Below are positions 15,960 through 25,093 of a stretch of DNA of 53,564 bases, one piece after another. Origin of the DNA: a virus. Lineage: Duplodnaviria; Caudoviricetes. Both the position numbers and the translations under genes were made by a program. The stretch is from the IMG/VR virus record IMGVR_UViG_3300042542_001939, positions 1 through 53,564 of that record, one strand, 5' to 3'. The stretch's first letter is position 1, and each line of letters begins with the position of its first letter. Below the pieces are notes generated by a model, which ran no database searches, was not told the DNA's origin, and was given only the letters and a program-made list of their open reading frames with translations.

Positions 15960-17738
15960 GTGCGCTTATCAAGGATTGTCGTAGTTTGTCTCCTCACCTT
16001 TGGCTGGCTCATGATTCCTTCAGACTCAGCATCGGCGAATGGCACTATTGCAGGGACAGTCGATGAAGGTGGGACTTTAACTCTCACCGCTCCACAGGGC
16101 TACAAAATTGGTGGGGTTCAGTTTGCCTCGTATGGAACGCCAGTTAATTATCAAATCGGTTCATGCCATGCGAGTAATTCAGCCGCCATGGTTGAAGCCG
16201 CTATAAGTAACGAATCATTAACAATTAGTGCAACTAACACAGTTTTTGGCGACCCTTGTTCGGGAACGGGGAAACGATTAAGCGTAATTCTTACAATCGA
16301 GCCACAAGTTGTTCAGCGCTCATTAGCCGCGCCAACAAATCTTCAAGGGCAGATAGACGGCTCAACAGCAACAGTTAATTGGAGCGCACCAGTAGAGGGC
16401 AATACTCCAGTTGAGCGATACGCAATTTTTTGGTCTTACGATAATTGGGCAAGTGGATGGGCTATTGCTTCAACGACCCTTAGTGCATCAATCTCGGGAA
16501 TTCCCGAGGGAGCGCAAGTTCAAATAAAAGTCCGTGCAGATAATGATTCATTAGCGATTTATTCAAGTTGGTCAAACGAAATCAATTTACAAGCAACACC
16601 TACTCCGACTCCAACACCCAGCCCCAGCCCTTCTTCAGAGCCGACTCCTTCGCCGTCTCCGACATCTGAACCTTCTCCTTCTCCGAGCGCTGAGCCAACG
16701 CCGACTCCAACTGTTGAACCTTCACCCTCTCCCACACCAACGCCGACCGTAGAACCTCAGCCTCAGCCGACTCCTGAACCAACATCGGAACCATCGCCTT
16801 CACCGTCTCCAAGCCCTCAACCTTCACCAACTCCATCGCCTCAACTTCCATCGAGCCAGGAACCTGAGCCGACCACACCTGAACCCACACCTTCGCCATC
16901 TCCTACCCCAACTCCAGTTCCGTCACCTGAACCAAGTCTCGAACCAAGCCCTGCTCCGAGTCCAGTCGATACCCCTTCGGAAGAACCGATTCCCGAGCCT
17001 CTCCCTGAACCCATTGATGATTCCGAACAGAATTCAAATCCTGAAGAGTCACCTTTAGACGACCCTGATTCTGAGCCAACGCCTCTGCCTTCTGAAGAAC
17101 CTCAAGAGGAACAGCCTGAAATCCCAGTCGATGAGAACCCGTCAAATCAAACAACTGAACAACTACCACTGGAAACCTCCGAAATCATTGATGAACTACT
17201 AACTGAAATTTTAGAAGATGGCAATGTTACACCCGCTGATTTTCAGGAAATATTAGACGCGCTTAACGAAGATGGAGAAATTACTCAAGATGAAGTAAAC
17301 AATTTATCTGAGGCTCTATCGGCTGATGGAAAATTTACTGAAGCAGAGAAAGAACTTGTTGCCGAAGCACTTATTGAATCAGCCGAGGGTGAAGCCGTAA
17401 CTGTTGAATCAATCGCCGAGGCTGGAATTACACTAGAGGATTTACCTCCCGAGCAACCTGTTGAAGTCCGTCAAGATGAAAATGGCAATGAGGTTGTTAT
17501 TACAGCCGAAGTCGCCGTTGCTTTAGAATTACTTACATCGGCATCAGAGATTTTCTCAGCCATCTTTGAAAGTCCAGCACAATTACTCTTTGCTATCGGA
17601 AACCTTGGAGCAGATATGTCTCCTGAAGAACGCAAAGAAGCAAGTGAGACAATTATTGCCGCGACAATCGTTGGCAATATCGCTACAACTACAATTGCCG
17701 CATCAATAGGTGGCATTGGATATAGGAGACCAAATTGA
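15960..17738 (+). CDS. Exported surface protein: SUEL-type lectin domain, FN3 domain, Pro/Ser/Thr stalk, acidic region, hydrophobic C-terminus
   Basis: GTG 15960 starts a signal peptide ending ASA; FASYG...CHA...VFGDPCSGTGKRL; APTNL...WSAP...YSSWS. Confidence 0.75.
   Translation: MRLSRIVVVCLLTFGWLMIPSDSASANGTIAGTVDEGGTLTLTAPQGYKIGGVQFASYGTPVNYQIGSCHASNSAAMVEAAISNESLTISATNTVFGDPCSGTGKRLSVILTIEPQVVQRSLAAPTNLQGQIDGSTATVNWSAPVEGNTPVERYAIFWSYDNWASGWAIASTTLSASISGIPEGAQVQIKVRADNDSLAIYSSWSNEINLQATPTPTPTPSPSPSSEPTPSPSPTSEPSPSPSAEPTPTPTVEPSPSPTPTPTVEPQPQPTPEPTSEPSPSPSPSPQPSPTPSPQLPSSQEPEPTTPEPTPSPSPTPTPVPSPEPSLEPSPAPSPVDTPSEEPIPEPLPEPIDDSEQNSNPEESPLDDPDSEPTPLPSEEPQEEQPEIPVDENPSNQTTEQLPLETSEIIDELLTEILEDGNVTPADFQEILDALNEDGEITQDEVNNLSEALSADGKFTEAEKELVAEALIESAEGEAVTVESIAEAGITLEDLPPEQPVEVRQDENGNEVVITAEVAVALELLTSASEIFSAIFESPAQLLFAIGNLGADMSPEERKEASETIIAATIVGNIATTTIAASIGGIGYRRPN
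16597..17010 (+). repeat. Coding Pro-Thr/Pro-Ser low-complexity repeats
   Basis: TPTPTPTPSPSPSSEPTPSPSP... in the surface protein. Confidence 0.9.
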
Positions 17739-17902
17739 AAAACTTTTTGAATGACATTATCGGACAAATATGGACGATGCTAGGAATGTTTGTTGCTTGG
17801 ATTCTTGTTGATGGTATTGCTAAAAATATCGTTGGCTATGCAATCCTAATTACTTTTGGCGTTTGGGTTTTGACTTACCCTCTTCGTCGTCAGAAGGATT
17901 AA
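17735..17902 (+). CDS. Small two-TM membrane protein (55 aa), not in the ORF track
   Basis: AGGAG then TTG overlapping the upstream stop; MKNFLNDIIGQIWTMLGMFVAWILVDG... Confidence 0.7.
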   Translation: MKNFLNDIIGQIWTMLGMFVAWILVDGIAKNIVGYAILITFGVWVLTYPLRRQKD

Positions 17903-18140
17903 ACTCCTCCGACTTAGCAAAGGGACTAAATGCTCCGTTGATTTCATCGAGAGTTAGTTTTCCGTCGTCAAGATATTCACGGGCAAGTCGCTCTGCAACT
18001 GAGGCGGCAGCCAATAGCCCTGCCATTGATAGGGCTACCCAAGTCTCAACTCCCATGATTGCTCCAGCACCTAGAGTGCCAAGGGCGCCGACAATAAATA
18101 CCGCAACCATGCGACTCATAATGTTTTGGAACTTTTTCAT
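17850..18140 (-). CDS. Two-TM membrane protein
   Basis: Two hydrophobic segments, then LDDGKLTLDEIN. Confidence 0.7.
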   Translation of the reverse strand: MKKFQNIMSRMVAVFIVGALGTLGAGAIMGVETWVALSMAGLLAAASVAERLAREYLDDGKLTLDEINGAFSPFAKSEEFNPSDDEEGKSKPKRQK

Positions 18141-18658
18141 GCGACAAGTCTAGCGGATACAATTTCCCGCTTTCTTGGCACTCTCGCTTTCTTAGATTTA
18201 GTCATCACCCGAACTCTCTTTTCATTGAAGGCGTTTGCCAATTTATCGGCGTCGGGCTTTCCAAGATACCTCGTAGTAAATTGAAGTAGGACATCGGCGA
18301 ACTCTGCCCCATGGGATTCCCTGCCCCAAGTTATGTGATGGGCAATCTCATGAAGGATGATGAACTTATTTCGACCAGTTTTGTTTAATCGAATCAATCG
18401 AACAACTTCCCAATTTCGGTTTCTCATCGTGGCATGGTTTCCGCTACCAGCCTCGACGATTATCTTTGATGGGTAGACGCTCGCCCAAAATTCGTACTGC
18501 TTATGAAGTTTCTTAGTTTTCTGATGCGACAGAACTTGATTGACGAATTTCTGTGCCTCTTTAATTGTCATGACCTCGCCCTTGTCATAGAAGCCAGCAA
18601 GCCTCTGAGCGTCGTATAGGCGCTGTCTTTGACCGTCCCTAGGTTTTGTACCTGCCAT
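18137..18658 (-). CDS. SprT-like zincin metalloprotease
   Basis: ILHEIAHH...SHGAEF. Confidence 0.75.
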   Translation of the reverse strand: MAGTKPRDGQRQRLYDAQRLAGFYDKGEVMTIKEAQKFVNQVLSHQKTKKLHKQYEFWASVYPSKIIVEAGSGNHATMRNRNWEVVRLIRLNKTGRNKFIILHEIAHHITWGRESHGAEFADVLLQFTTRYLGKPDADKLANAFNEKRVRVMTKSKKARVPRKREIVSARLVA

Positions 18659-18855
18659 GGGTTTTCCTTTCTCTCAAGACCCATTATACCAAATGGGGGT
18701 TTAGAAAGAATCCAAAACTTGAGTGACCTTGGCTCAACTTTTCCCCGACACGCCACGATTAGGTGCCTGAAACTGTCTTTGTTGATTCGATATACAACCC
18801 CAGTTGTGTTAGACTCGGTATGTCAGAAAGAACATCGTCAAAATTGGGAGGCATC

Positions 18856-19218
18856 ATGAGTCTTGATTACAAAGGATTTGAGTGGGGAAACAGAATCACT
18901 TCTGATGAAGATTCAGTCGATAGATTCCTTCACGAAGGTTTAGTTGCTCAAGCACCATCTGTAGGCGATTTACATAGCGCCGCTGAATGGTTGGCAACTT
19001 ATGGCGCTGAAAATGCCGAGGATGCTCAGGGCTGGGCGAATGTCGTCGCCTTCTTGATTCTGACTGCGGAATCCAAAGAAAACCGTTCAGCGCTTGCAAA
19101 GGCAAAAAAGAAGTTTGCCGAGGCTAACGGAATTCCCGTGTCGCAGGTAAGGATTAAAAAAGAGGCTGAGATTATCCGTGAGGGTTTGGCTTTAATTCCT
19201 GACAAGATAGATAACTAA
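18856..19218 (+). CDS. Hypothetical protein
   Basis: Start moved to ATG 18856 after GGAGG. Confidence 0.65.
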   Translation: MSLDYKGFEWGNRITSDEDSVDRFLHEGLVAQAPSVGDLHSAAEWLATYGAENAEDAQGWANVVAFLILTAESKENRSALAKAKKKFAEANGIPVSQVRIKKEAEIIREGLALIPDKIDN

Positions 19219-19266
19219 CCCCAGTTGTGTTATACTGGATATACAACCTAGAGAGAGGTCAAATAA

Positions 19267-19620
19267 ATGAGTCAGGTAAAAGTAACTTGGAAGGCTTTCG
19301 GCGATAAGCCTGAGATTGGTCGCTTCGTAAGTTCTGTGGAATTTGAAACAGAGTTTGCAGTCGAGGACGCAAACAAGTTTTGTGAAGTTATTTTCCATGC
19401 AACAAACACATACTCAGGAAACTTATGGCAGATTATTCAGCCATTACTTTCTGAGACTCGCACTCACACATCAATCTCAATCGGTGACGAAATTGAAATC
19501 AACGGTCAGGTTTACATCTGCGCTGATTTTGGATTCGAGAAGATTGAAGATGTTGAAATCAGAAATTTCCCTGATGGAACAATTTGGTCTGTTATGAACA
19601 AAGAGGCGGTGGCAAAATGA
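19267..19620 (+). CDS. Hypothetical protein
   Basis: RBS AGAGAGAGG, upstream TATACT promoter. Confidence 0.7.
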   Translation: MSQVKVTWKAFGDKPEIGRFVSSVEFETEFAVEDANKFCEVIFHATNTYSGNLWQIIQPLLSETRTHTSISIGDEIEINGQVYICADFGFEKIEDVEIRNFPDGTIWSVMNKEAVAK

Positions 19621-19931
19621 CTCAAGAATCAATTTCATGGGCAGAGTTAGCAGAATTAACTCATGCCACACAGGTAGAGAAGTTTAATTTCTGTATGTGT
19701 GAGGACAACGAAGGCAACGAGAATCCTTATTCAGATTGCCCAACTCAAAAGCCTTATGACCGCCTAGGCGCAATTATCGCTTATGAATCAGGCGAACTGG
19801 ATGGAGAGCAAACTGTTGAATTGTTCCAGCACCTAGTTGATTCAGGGCTTGCATGGCAACTCCAAGGTCACTACGGGCGCACAGCAATGGCACTTATCGA
19901 GCAAGGTCTAGTAGGAAAGAGAGAGAACTAA
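19617..19931 (+). CDS. Conserved phage hypothetical protein
   Basis: ATGA overlap; YESGEL...LFQHLVDSGLAWQLQGHYGR. Confidence 0.7.
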   Translation: MTQESISWAELAELTHATQVEKFNFCMCEDNEGNENPYSDCPTQKPYDRLGAIIAYESGELDGEQTVELFQHLVDSGLAWQLQGHYGRTAMALIEQGLVGKREN

Positions 19932-20512
19932 TGAGCGAAACAATTACAAAGTGTTTTGAGTGTGAGACTGTTATCAATGAAGATGATGGTTTTGCATTTT
20001 CCGATATGAATGAGCAGACATATTGCTATGACTGCGAATCATCAGACCTTGAGTACGCATCAACTCTTCTCAAGGTTCACGGTAATCACGAGGCTGAGAA
20101 GGTTATCTTTGGTGACGCCTTTTCTCGTGGCGATGATGGAGAATCTCCTGACTGGTTTCATGAACTCTTTGGTGAAACTAAAGGTCGCCTATGGGAAAAG
20201 ACTGATGCTTGGCGTGGTCACTACGAAACGGTCAAGAACTTTGAAGGCATGACTGTTTTAGCATCGGGCTGGACAACTGGATGGGCTGATGAATCTCATC
20301 AACGCAAGGCTTTATTCAATGAGTTTGCTGAGCATCTATGCGAGAACTTCTATGGCGCTGTTGCTCCTACATACTTTTTGACAGAGCCAACATCTAATGT
20401 GTTTTCTGCCAGCATCGATTTCTTTTGTGCTACAAAAGATGTTGAAAAGGTAACTGCATGGTTAGAAGAGATTGGCTATCCAGTTGAGAAGTTGAAAGAA
20501 TGGTTATCGTAA
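19931..20512 (+). CDS. Hypothetical protein with N-terminal CxxC-CxxC
   Basis: TAATG coupling; CFEC...CYDC; TDAWRGHY. Confidence 0.7.
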   Translation: MSETITKCFECETVINEDDGFAFSDMNEQTYCYDCESSDLEYASTLLKVHGNHEAEKVIFGDAFSRGDDGESPDWFHELFGETKGRLWEKTDAWRGHYETVKNFEGMTVLASGWTTGWADESHQRKALFNEFAEHLCENFYGAVAPTYFLTEPTSNVFSASIDFFCATKDVEKVTAWLEEIGYPVEKLKEWLS

Positions 20513-20562
20513 CAATAGAAATAGATTATACTGGGGTTTAATATAGAGAGAGAAGGTAAGTC

Positions 20563-21489
20563 ATGGAACACGCAGTAATTGTTCATTCGCCCGAATATGC
20601 GAACTGGATATTCGATAAGTCGCACCCCACACAGGGACGACGATTTCTGCATGGTCGCAATCAGATTATGTTGGAGGCTCAAAAGCGCTTTCTGAATGTA
20701 GACGAGATTGAACCTCAGATGCCACACACCGATGACCTGTTGCTTATGCACGACCCAATCTATGTCCATGATGTAACTATCAAGGGCGAATCAACTGAAT
20801 GGGACGGTCAGCGTCATGACCTTGGAGACCTAGCAAAGTTATTCGTGGGCGGAACTCTCACCGCTCTCGATACATTGCTTAACAAGAAAACAACTCTTGC
20901 TATCCATTTACCCGGAGCAAAGCATCACGCGATGCGTGATTACTCTTCAGGGTTTTGTGTCTTTGCTGACTTTGCAATCGCCGCGACTAAGGCAACTGAG
21001 GTCGGCGAGCGCGTTGCAATCTTTGATGTTGATGCACACCATGGTGACGGTACTGAAGTATTGCTCAAGGCAAACAAAAATGTCATGACATTCTCGGTTC
21101 ATCAATATGGAATTTTTCCCGGCACGGGTCTTGTATCCGATTACAAAAATCGCGCCTATAACTTTCCACTTACTCATGGCTCAGGCGATGATGAATTGAT
21201 GACTGCAACGGAATCATTTCTTGAAGCCTGTGAAGAATTCGAGCCTACGATTATTTTTGTGGCGTGTGGCGCCGATGGTCTAAAAGATGACCCATTGAGC
21301 CAACTCGAATACACCCCAGCGGGTTACTGGAGGTCGCTACGAGCGGTAAGGGAGCAATTCCCTAATATGCCCATGCTCCTAGGTGGAGCAGGTGGCTATC
21401 TGCCCGATACGGGAACTCCCGAGGTGTGGCTCAATGCCATGCTTGCTCTTACGGCGGTTCAAACCGAGGTTGTTATACCCAAGTTGTAG
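20563..21489 (+). CDS. Zn-dependent histone deacetylase family protein (AcuC-like)
   Basis: HHA, SGFC, DVDAHHGDG, SVHQ, FPGTG, GADGLKDDPL, GAGGY. Confidence 0.92.
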   Translation: MEHAVIVHSPEYANWIFDKSHPTQGRRFLHGRNQIMLEAQKRFLNVDEIEPQMPHTDDLLLMHDPIYVHDVTIKGESTEWDGQRHDLGDLAKLFVGGTLTALDTLLNKKTTLAIHLPGAKHHAMRDYSSGFCVFADFAIAATKATEVGERVAIFDVDAHHGDGTEVLLKANKNVMTFSVHQYGIFPGTGLVSDYKNRAYNFPLTHGSGDDELMTATESFLEACEEFEPTIIFVACGADGLKDDPLSQLEYTPAGYWRSLRAVREQFPNMPMLLGGAGGYLPDTGTPEVWLNAMLALTAVQTEVVIPKL

Positions 21490-21498
21490 ACTTCGCAG

Positions 21499-22059
21499 AT
21501 GACCACAATCATCGCTATCCAGCATAAGGACAAAGTAACCTTTGGAGCAGATTCGCAAGTAACGGCTGGAAACGGTCGAACTTCTAATCATCCATCGATG
21601 GTAAAAATTACTCAACGAGGTGACTTTATTATTGCTGGAAGCGGTGAGTGTGCGCCCTGTGACATCGCCCAACATATTTGGAATCCACCTAGACCAACTG
21701 TTAGTGATTACAAAGACCTTTATCACTTCATGATTGCAAAGGTAGTTCCATCATTGAAGGCTTGTTTCAAGGAGCAAGAATATAAATGGAATGAAGATGA
21801 TGATGAAACAAAATTCGCGTTTTTGATTTCTATTGATGGAGAGGTCTTTGAACTCAGCGATGATATGTCAGTCTCGCTTGATTCTAAAGGTTTCTACGGT
21901 GTCGGTTCAGGCTCTAGTTATGCAATAGGCGCACTTCACGCGGGTGTGAATATGGAGAAGGCTCTTGATATTGCCAGTGCTAATGATGCCTACACATCAG
22001 CCCCATTTATCTATTACACACAAACTAAAAGGAAAGTTGCATCACCTAGGAATAAATAG
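21499..22059 (+). CDS. Ntn-hydrolase (proteasome beta/HslV-like) peptidase
   Basis: N-terminal M-T-T, GADSQVT, VGSGSSYAIGAL, DAYTS. Confidence 0.85.
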   Translation: MTTIIAIQHKDKVTFGADSQVTAGNGRTSNHPSMVKITQRGDFIIAGSGECAPCDIAQHIWNPPRPTVSDYKDLYHFMIAKVVPSLKACFKEQEYKWNEDDDETKFAFLISIDGEVFELSDDMSVSLDSKGFYGVGSGSSYAIGALHAGVNMEKALDIASANDAYTSAPFIYYTQTKRKVASPRNK

Positions 22060-22108
22060 TATCCTAACCCTAGTTGTATATGAGGATACAACTATGAGAG
22101 GAAAACCT

Positions 22109-22294
22109 ATGAACGAGCAAGATGTAAACCGCAAGTTCGATGAAATCATTCAGCCAAAAGTTGTCAATCTAAAAGTAGAACGACCACCTGCAAAGTTTCC
22201 TGAATTGCGTTACTTATGGGGAGTTACAGGAATTGTTTGTGTTGTACTCATCGTGTTATCGGCAACTGTTAGTACATTCATCGAAGCGCTATAA
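22109..22294 (+). CDS. Small membrane protein
   Basis: ATG after GAGAGG; C-terminal hydrophobic helix. Confidence 0.55.
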   Translation: MNEQDVNRKFDEIIQPKVVNLKVERPPAKFPELRYLWGVTGIVCVVLIVLSATVSTFIEAL

Positions 22295-22483
22295 CTTAAA
22301 TACTTCGTCAGGGTCAGAAACCTCAAGGGCTTTCAATATGAGAGAGTCCTTGAGGTTTTTTGCATGATGTCCACAAAAATGTAACTCGCCTGATAAAAAT
22401 GTTGCTCGGACTTTAGCCATGGCAGAACAGCGGTCACAGATTTGATTCGGCTGAATAGGCAGTCGAATCACCGTCTCTATCAT
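22289..22483 (-). CDS. Small Zn-binding hypothetical protein
   Basis: CDRC...FCGHH. Confidence 0.65.
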   Translation of the reverse strand: MIETVIRLPIQPNQICDRCSAMAKVRATFLSGELHFCGHHAKNLKDSLILKALEVSDPDEVFKL

Positions 22484-22620
22484 TTTTCTGTCTTTGGTTC
22501 AGGTGGATATTTCTCAATCCACTCTTTAATTCTTCCGTCTTTGTATAAACGAACTATCCAGCCCTCTTTAATTTGTACTGGATTAAAAGGGTGTTTAGTT
22601 TTAGATGTGCCTTTAGACAT
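22480..22620 (-). CDS. Small hypothetical protein (46 aa), not in the ORF track
   Basis: MSKGTSKTKHPFNPVQIKEGWIVRLYKDGRIK...; coupled to neighbours at both ends. Confidence 0.6.
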   Translation of the reverse strand: MSKGTSKTKHPFNPVQIKEGWIVRLYKDGRIKEWIEKYPPEPKTEK

Positions 22621-22778
22621 TAAACCTCTCGCTCCCATTTTGTACCGTCTTGAACTAAACCATCTCCATCGCCGTCCCTAGCGTCTTTCTTAAAACCTTT
22701 GTTAATTCTGTCTTGTTGCACGGCTATAAAAGCAATAGCACCACTCATCATCAATACAACTGCTAGAACCATTCTCAT
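22620..22778 (-). CDS. Small membrane peptide (52 aa) ending in a DGDGDG-DGT motif, not in the ORF track
   Basis: MRMVLAVVLMMSGAIAFIAVQQDRINKGFKKDARDGDGDGLVQDGTKWEREV; ATGA and TAATG couplings. Confidence 0.7.
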   Translation of the reverse strand: MRMVLAVVLMMSGAIAFIAVQQDRINKGFKKDARDGDGDGLVQDGTKWEREV

Positions 22779-23170
22779 ATTCTTTTCCTTAATAACTCTT
22801 CAAAATCTTTTTCTTTAGTTCCACCATCATAAACCCAAGCATAGCCCTTGTTTACTAATTGTAAGTTTAGAGAATCTGTCTCTCTGTTAATAAATATCCA
22901 TCCAAGGATTCTGCCGTACTTTTCTGAACTGTCTGCCTTCTCGGTTCTAATAACAATATCGGTTGCACCGTCTAAAGCCTTCTTCAAATAATCTTTGACT
23001 TCTAGCCCTAGGATTTTTTCTCTTGCATTTTTTGTCCGAGATTCAGGGGTATCAATACCAGCAAGGCGAACTCGGGAGGTAAATGCCACATCAAAACCTA
23101 AATCGATGATGACATCAATTGTGTCGCCATCGACAACTTTTAGAACTTGTTTGACTCGGTACTCATACAT
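22775..23170 (-). CDS. Thermonuclease (SNase) family protein
   Basis: VVDGDTIDV, RVRLAGIDTPE, KYGRILG; start at ATG 23170. Confidence 0.9.
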   Translation of the reverse strand: MYEYRVKQVLKVVDGDTIDVIIDLGFDVAFTSRVRLAGIDTPESRTKNAREKILGLEVKDYLKKALDGATDIVIRTEKADSSEKYGRILGWIFINRETDSLNLQLVNKGYAWVYDGGTKEKDFEELLRKRI

Positions 23171-23598
23171 TACTTCGAGCGTCCTCGGTTTTTGTTCGTA
23201 ATAGGTCCACCTGAAATCCAAGCGCGACAGGTGCGAGCGCTGGCACATTTGAAATCAAAAGCCTCGCAATAGCCCAACTCACCCGCTTCAATTACATCCA
23301 AGGCTTGGCGACCGACGCCACCTGTCTTGAGACCGCCCTCGATGCACTCAAGCATTTCAGAGGTTTGGATAAATGCTGCGCAGTTTCCGCATCTTTGCTT
23401 CTTGGCTTCTTCAACTGGTACATCCCACTCAGAGGCGATTTCAGACCAGTAATCCTCGTTTGGTTCTGCTGGGTTCAGCGGACCGTACATTGCGTCTTTA
23501 ATAGCCTTTGAACGGTTCGAAAGATTGACCCTGACATCCTGTGTCGCTGTTGGGCAAGTAGCCTTCAAAAGTTGTCGGACTGCTGGTGTAAGGGTCAT
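23170..23598 (-). CDS. Cys-rich protein, possible Fe-S (HiPIP-like Cys spacing)
   Basis: RCGNCAAF...GYCEAFDFKCASARTCRAW. Confidence 0.6.
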   Translation of the reverse strand: MTLTPAVRQLLKATCPTATQDVRVNLSNRSKAIKDAMYGPLNPAEPNEDYWSEIASEWDVPVEEAKKQRCGNCAAFIQTSEMLECIEGGLKTGGVGRQALDVIEAGELGYCEAFDFKCASARTCRAWISGGPITNKNRGRSK

Positions 23599-23614
23599 GG
23601 ATTAAGGGTATCAG

Positions 23615-23630
23615 TCGAACATCTGTTCGA
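23615..23630. promoter_or_regulatory. Actinobacterial LexA (SOS) box
   Basis: TCGAAC-ATCT-GTTCGA, a perfect consensus between divergent genes. Confidence 0.7.
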
Positions 23631-23733
23631 ATTGTGTGGCACAAAAATAATTGAGAAATATTGCTGTTTTGGGAATCTTATCAACCCCCGTTGTGTTATA
23701 CTCAGTGCAAGAGGATACGAGAGAGGCAAACTA

Positions 23734-24132
23734 ATGACTAAGCACGAAATTGAATCAAGTGGCAAGACTGTTACAACAGTTCACCACGAAGCAAGCACTT
23801 TCCTTAATTTCTCAACACAGGAAAACCCAGTCAAGGTTTCAATCTTTGACAAGGAGTATTTATTGTCTTGGGTTGCGATTGACACTGTTTGGGAGGAGGG
23901 CGCTTATATCCCTGAGTCATACATGAAGGTGGCTTATGTATCCATCCTAAAGAGCGGTAAGGCTGGAGAAGCATATGACAGAAGAGAATTTGGTATCAAA
24001 GATATTGGAAAATGGATTGTGGGCGAAGAAGATTTATTCAAAAAAATCTTCAAGCAACATGAAGAAACTATCCAAAATATCATCAAAGAAAAAGCGTTAG
24101 CGTATTCACTCGAGGGGGCAACTAATGAGTAA
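23734..24132 (+). CDS. Hypothetical protein
   Basis: Start moved to ATG 23734 after GAGAGAGG and a TATACT promoter. Confidence 0.65.
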   Translation: MTKHEIESSGKTVTTVHHEASTFLNFSTQENPVKVSIFDKEYLLSWVAIDTVWEEGAYIPESYMKVAYVSILKSGKAGEAYDRREFGIKDIGKWIVGEEDLFKKIFKQHEETIQNIIKEKALAYSLEGATNE

Positions 24133-24370
24133 CTGGTCAGACAAAATCATTGTAGTTGGTGTCGGCATCTCAGAGGATGAGGTTGCTGAAATTAAAAAGG
24201 TTATTGTTGAGAAAACACAAAAGTACAAAATTGTTCGTATGTGGCGCGACCATAACAACACCCGTGTTATCAAGCGTGGACTCACACTCGAACAGGCTCA
24301 AGCACATTGCAAAGACCCAAAGACCAGTGTGGCTGGCGTTTGGTTTGACGGATACGAAAAGGAGAATTAA
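24125..24370 (+). CDS. Hypothetical protein
   Basis: GLTLEQAQAHCKDP...WFDGY; RBS GAGGGGG. Confidence 0.65.
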   Translation: MSNWSDKIIVVGVGISEDEVAEIKKVIVEKTQKYKIVRMWRDHNNTRVIKRGLTLEQAQAHCKDPKTSVAGVWFDGYEKEN

Positions 24371-24763
24371 ATGGGATACACACATTACTGGAACATCAAG
24401 GAGCCAATCAGCGCGGATGCGTTTGCCAAACTCCAAGAAGGAATCAAGGCAATTATCCAAACTGCCAATGAAGCAGGAATTTCAATTTCTGATGAATCAA
24501 CCGATGGCACAATCGCTTTCAATGGGGCAGGACGCGATGCTCACGAAACTTTTGTGATTCAGGTAGGCGATACAGGATTCAATTTCTGCAAGACTGCCGA
24601 AAAGCCTTACGACGCCGTTGTTTGTGCATCACTGATTCTGCTCAAAAAAGAACTCGGCGCTGAGGTCGAGGTTTCTTCCGATGGTGGATGGCATCGCTGG
24701 GAGGGTGGGCAAGTGCTTTATGAAACAGTCTTTGACATCCAACCTGAAAGCGTTTTAGCATGA
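24371..24763 (+). CDS. Conserved phage hypothetical protein
   Basis: MGYTHYW...HETF...FCKTAEKPYD...SSDG. Confidence 0.7.
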   Translation: MGYTHYWNIKEPISADAFAKLQEGIKAIIQTANEAGISISDESTDGTIAFNGAGRDAHETFVIQVGDTGFNFCKTAEKPYDAVVCASLILLKKELGAEVEVSSDGGWHRWEGGQVLYETVFDIQPESVLA

Positions 24764-24939
24764 GCGATGAAATACTAGATGACCTAGTGGATGAGTTTGG
24801 CAAGGGGATTCTCTCGTCATCTCATCCACATACAGGTCTAACTTTGAGGCAATGTCAGATAATCCTGAATGAACACGGCTTAGAAAAAGGCATCGAGATT
24901 GTTAAAGAATGGAAGGAAAAGAATCGTGGCGCTAACTGA
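24760..24939 (+). CDS. Small hypothetical protein (59 aa), not in the ORF track
   Basis: ATGA overlap; MSDEILDDLVDEFGKG... Confidence 0.55.
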   Translation: MSDEILDDLVDEFGKGILSSSHPHTGLTLRQCQIILNEHGLEKGIEIVKEWKEKNRGAN

Positions 24940-25093
24940 GCGGGAAAGAATCATCAAAGAGATTCAAGCCTTTGCATCTGAGTACGGTTATCTTATGACC
25001 CGAGATGGCGTTACTCGTGATGTTGTAATCGTGAGGCAACTTATTGATTTCTTAACTCCTATCGACCCCGAGCAACCTCCAGTAAATCTGTAA
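24926..25093 (+). CDS. Small hypothetical protein
   Basis: GTG start after GGAAGGA. Confidence 0.5.
   Translation: MALTERERIIKEIQAFASEYGYLMTRDGVTRDVVIVRQLIDFLTPIDPEQPPVNL

Noticed and set aside
16597-17010. Tandem repeats as a non-coding array or DGR
   Set aside because: Explained by a Pro-rich protein stalk; no reverse transcriptase or template/variable repeat pair was seen.
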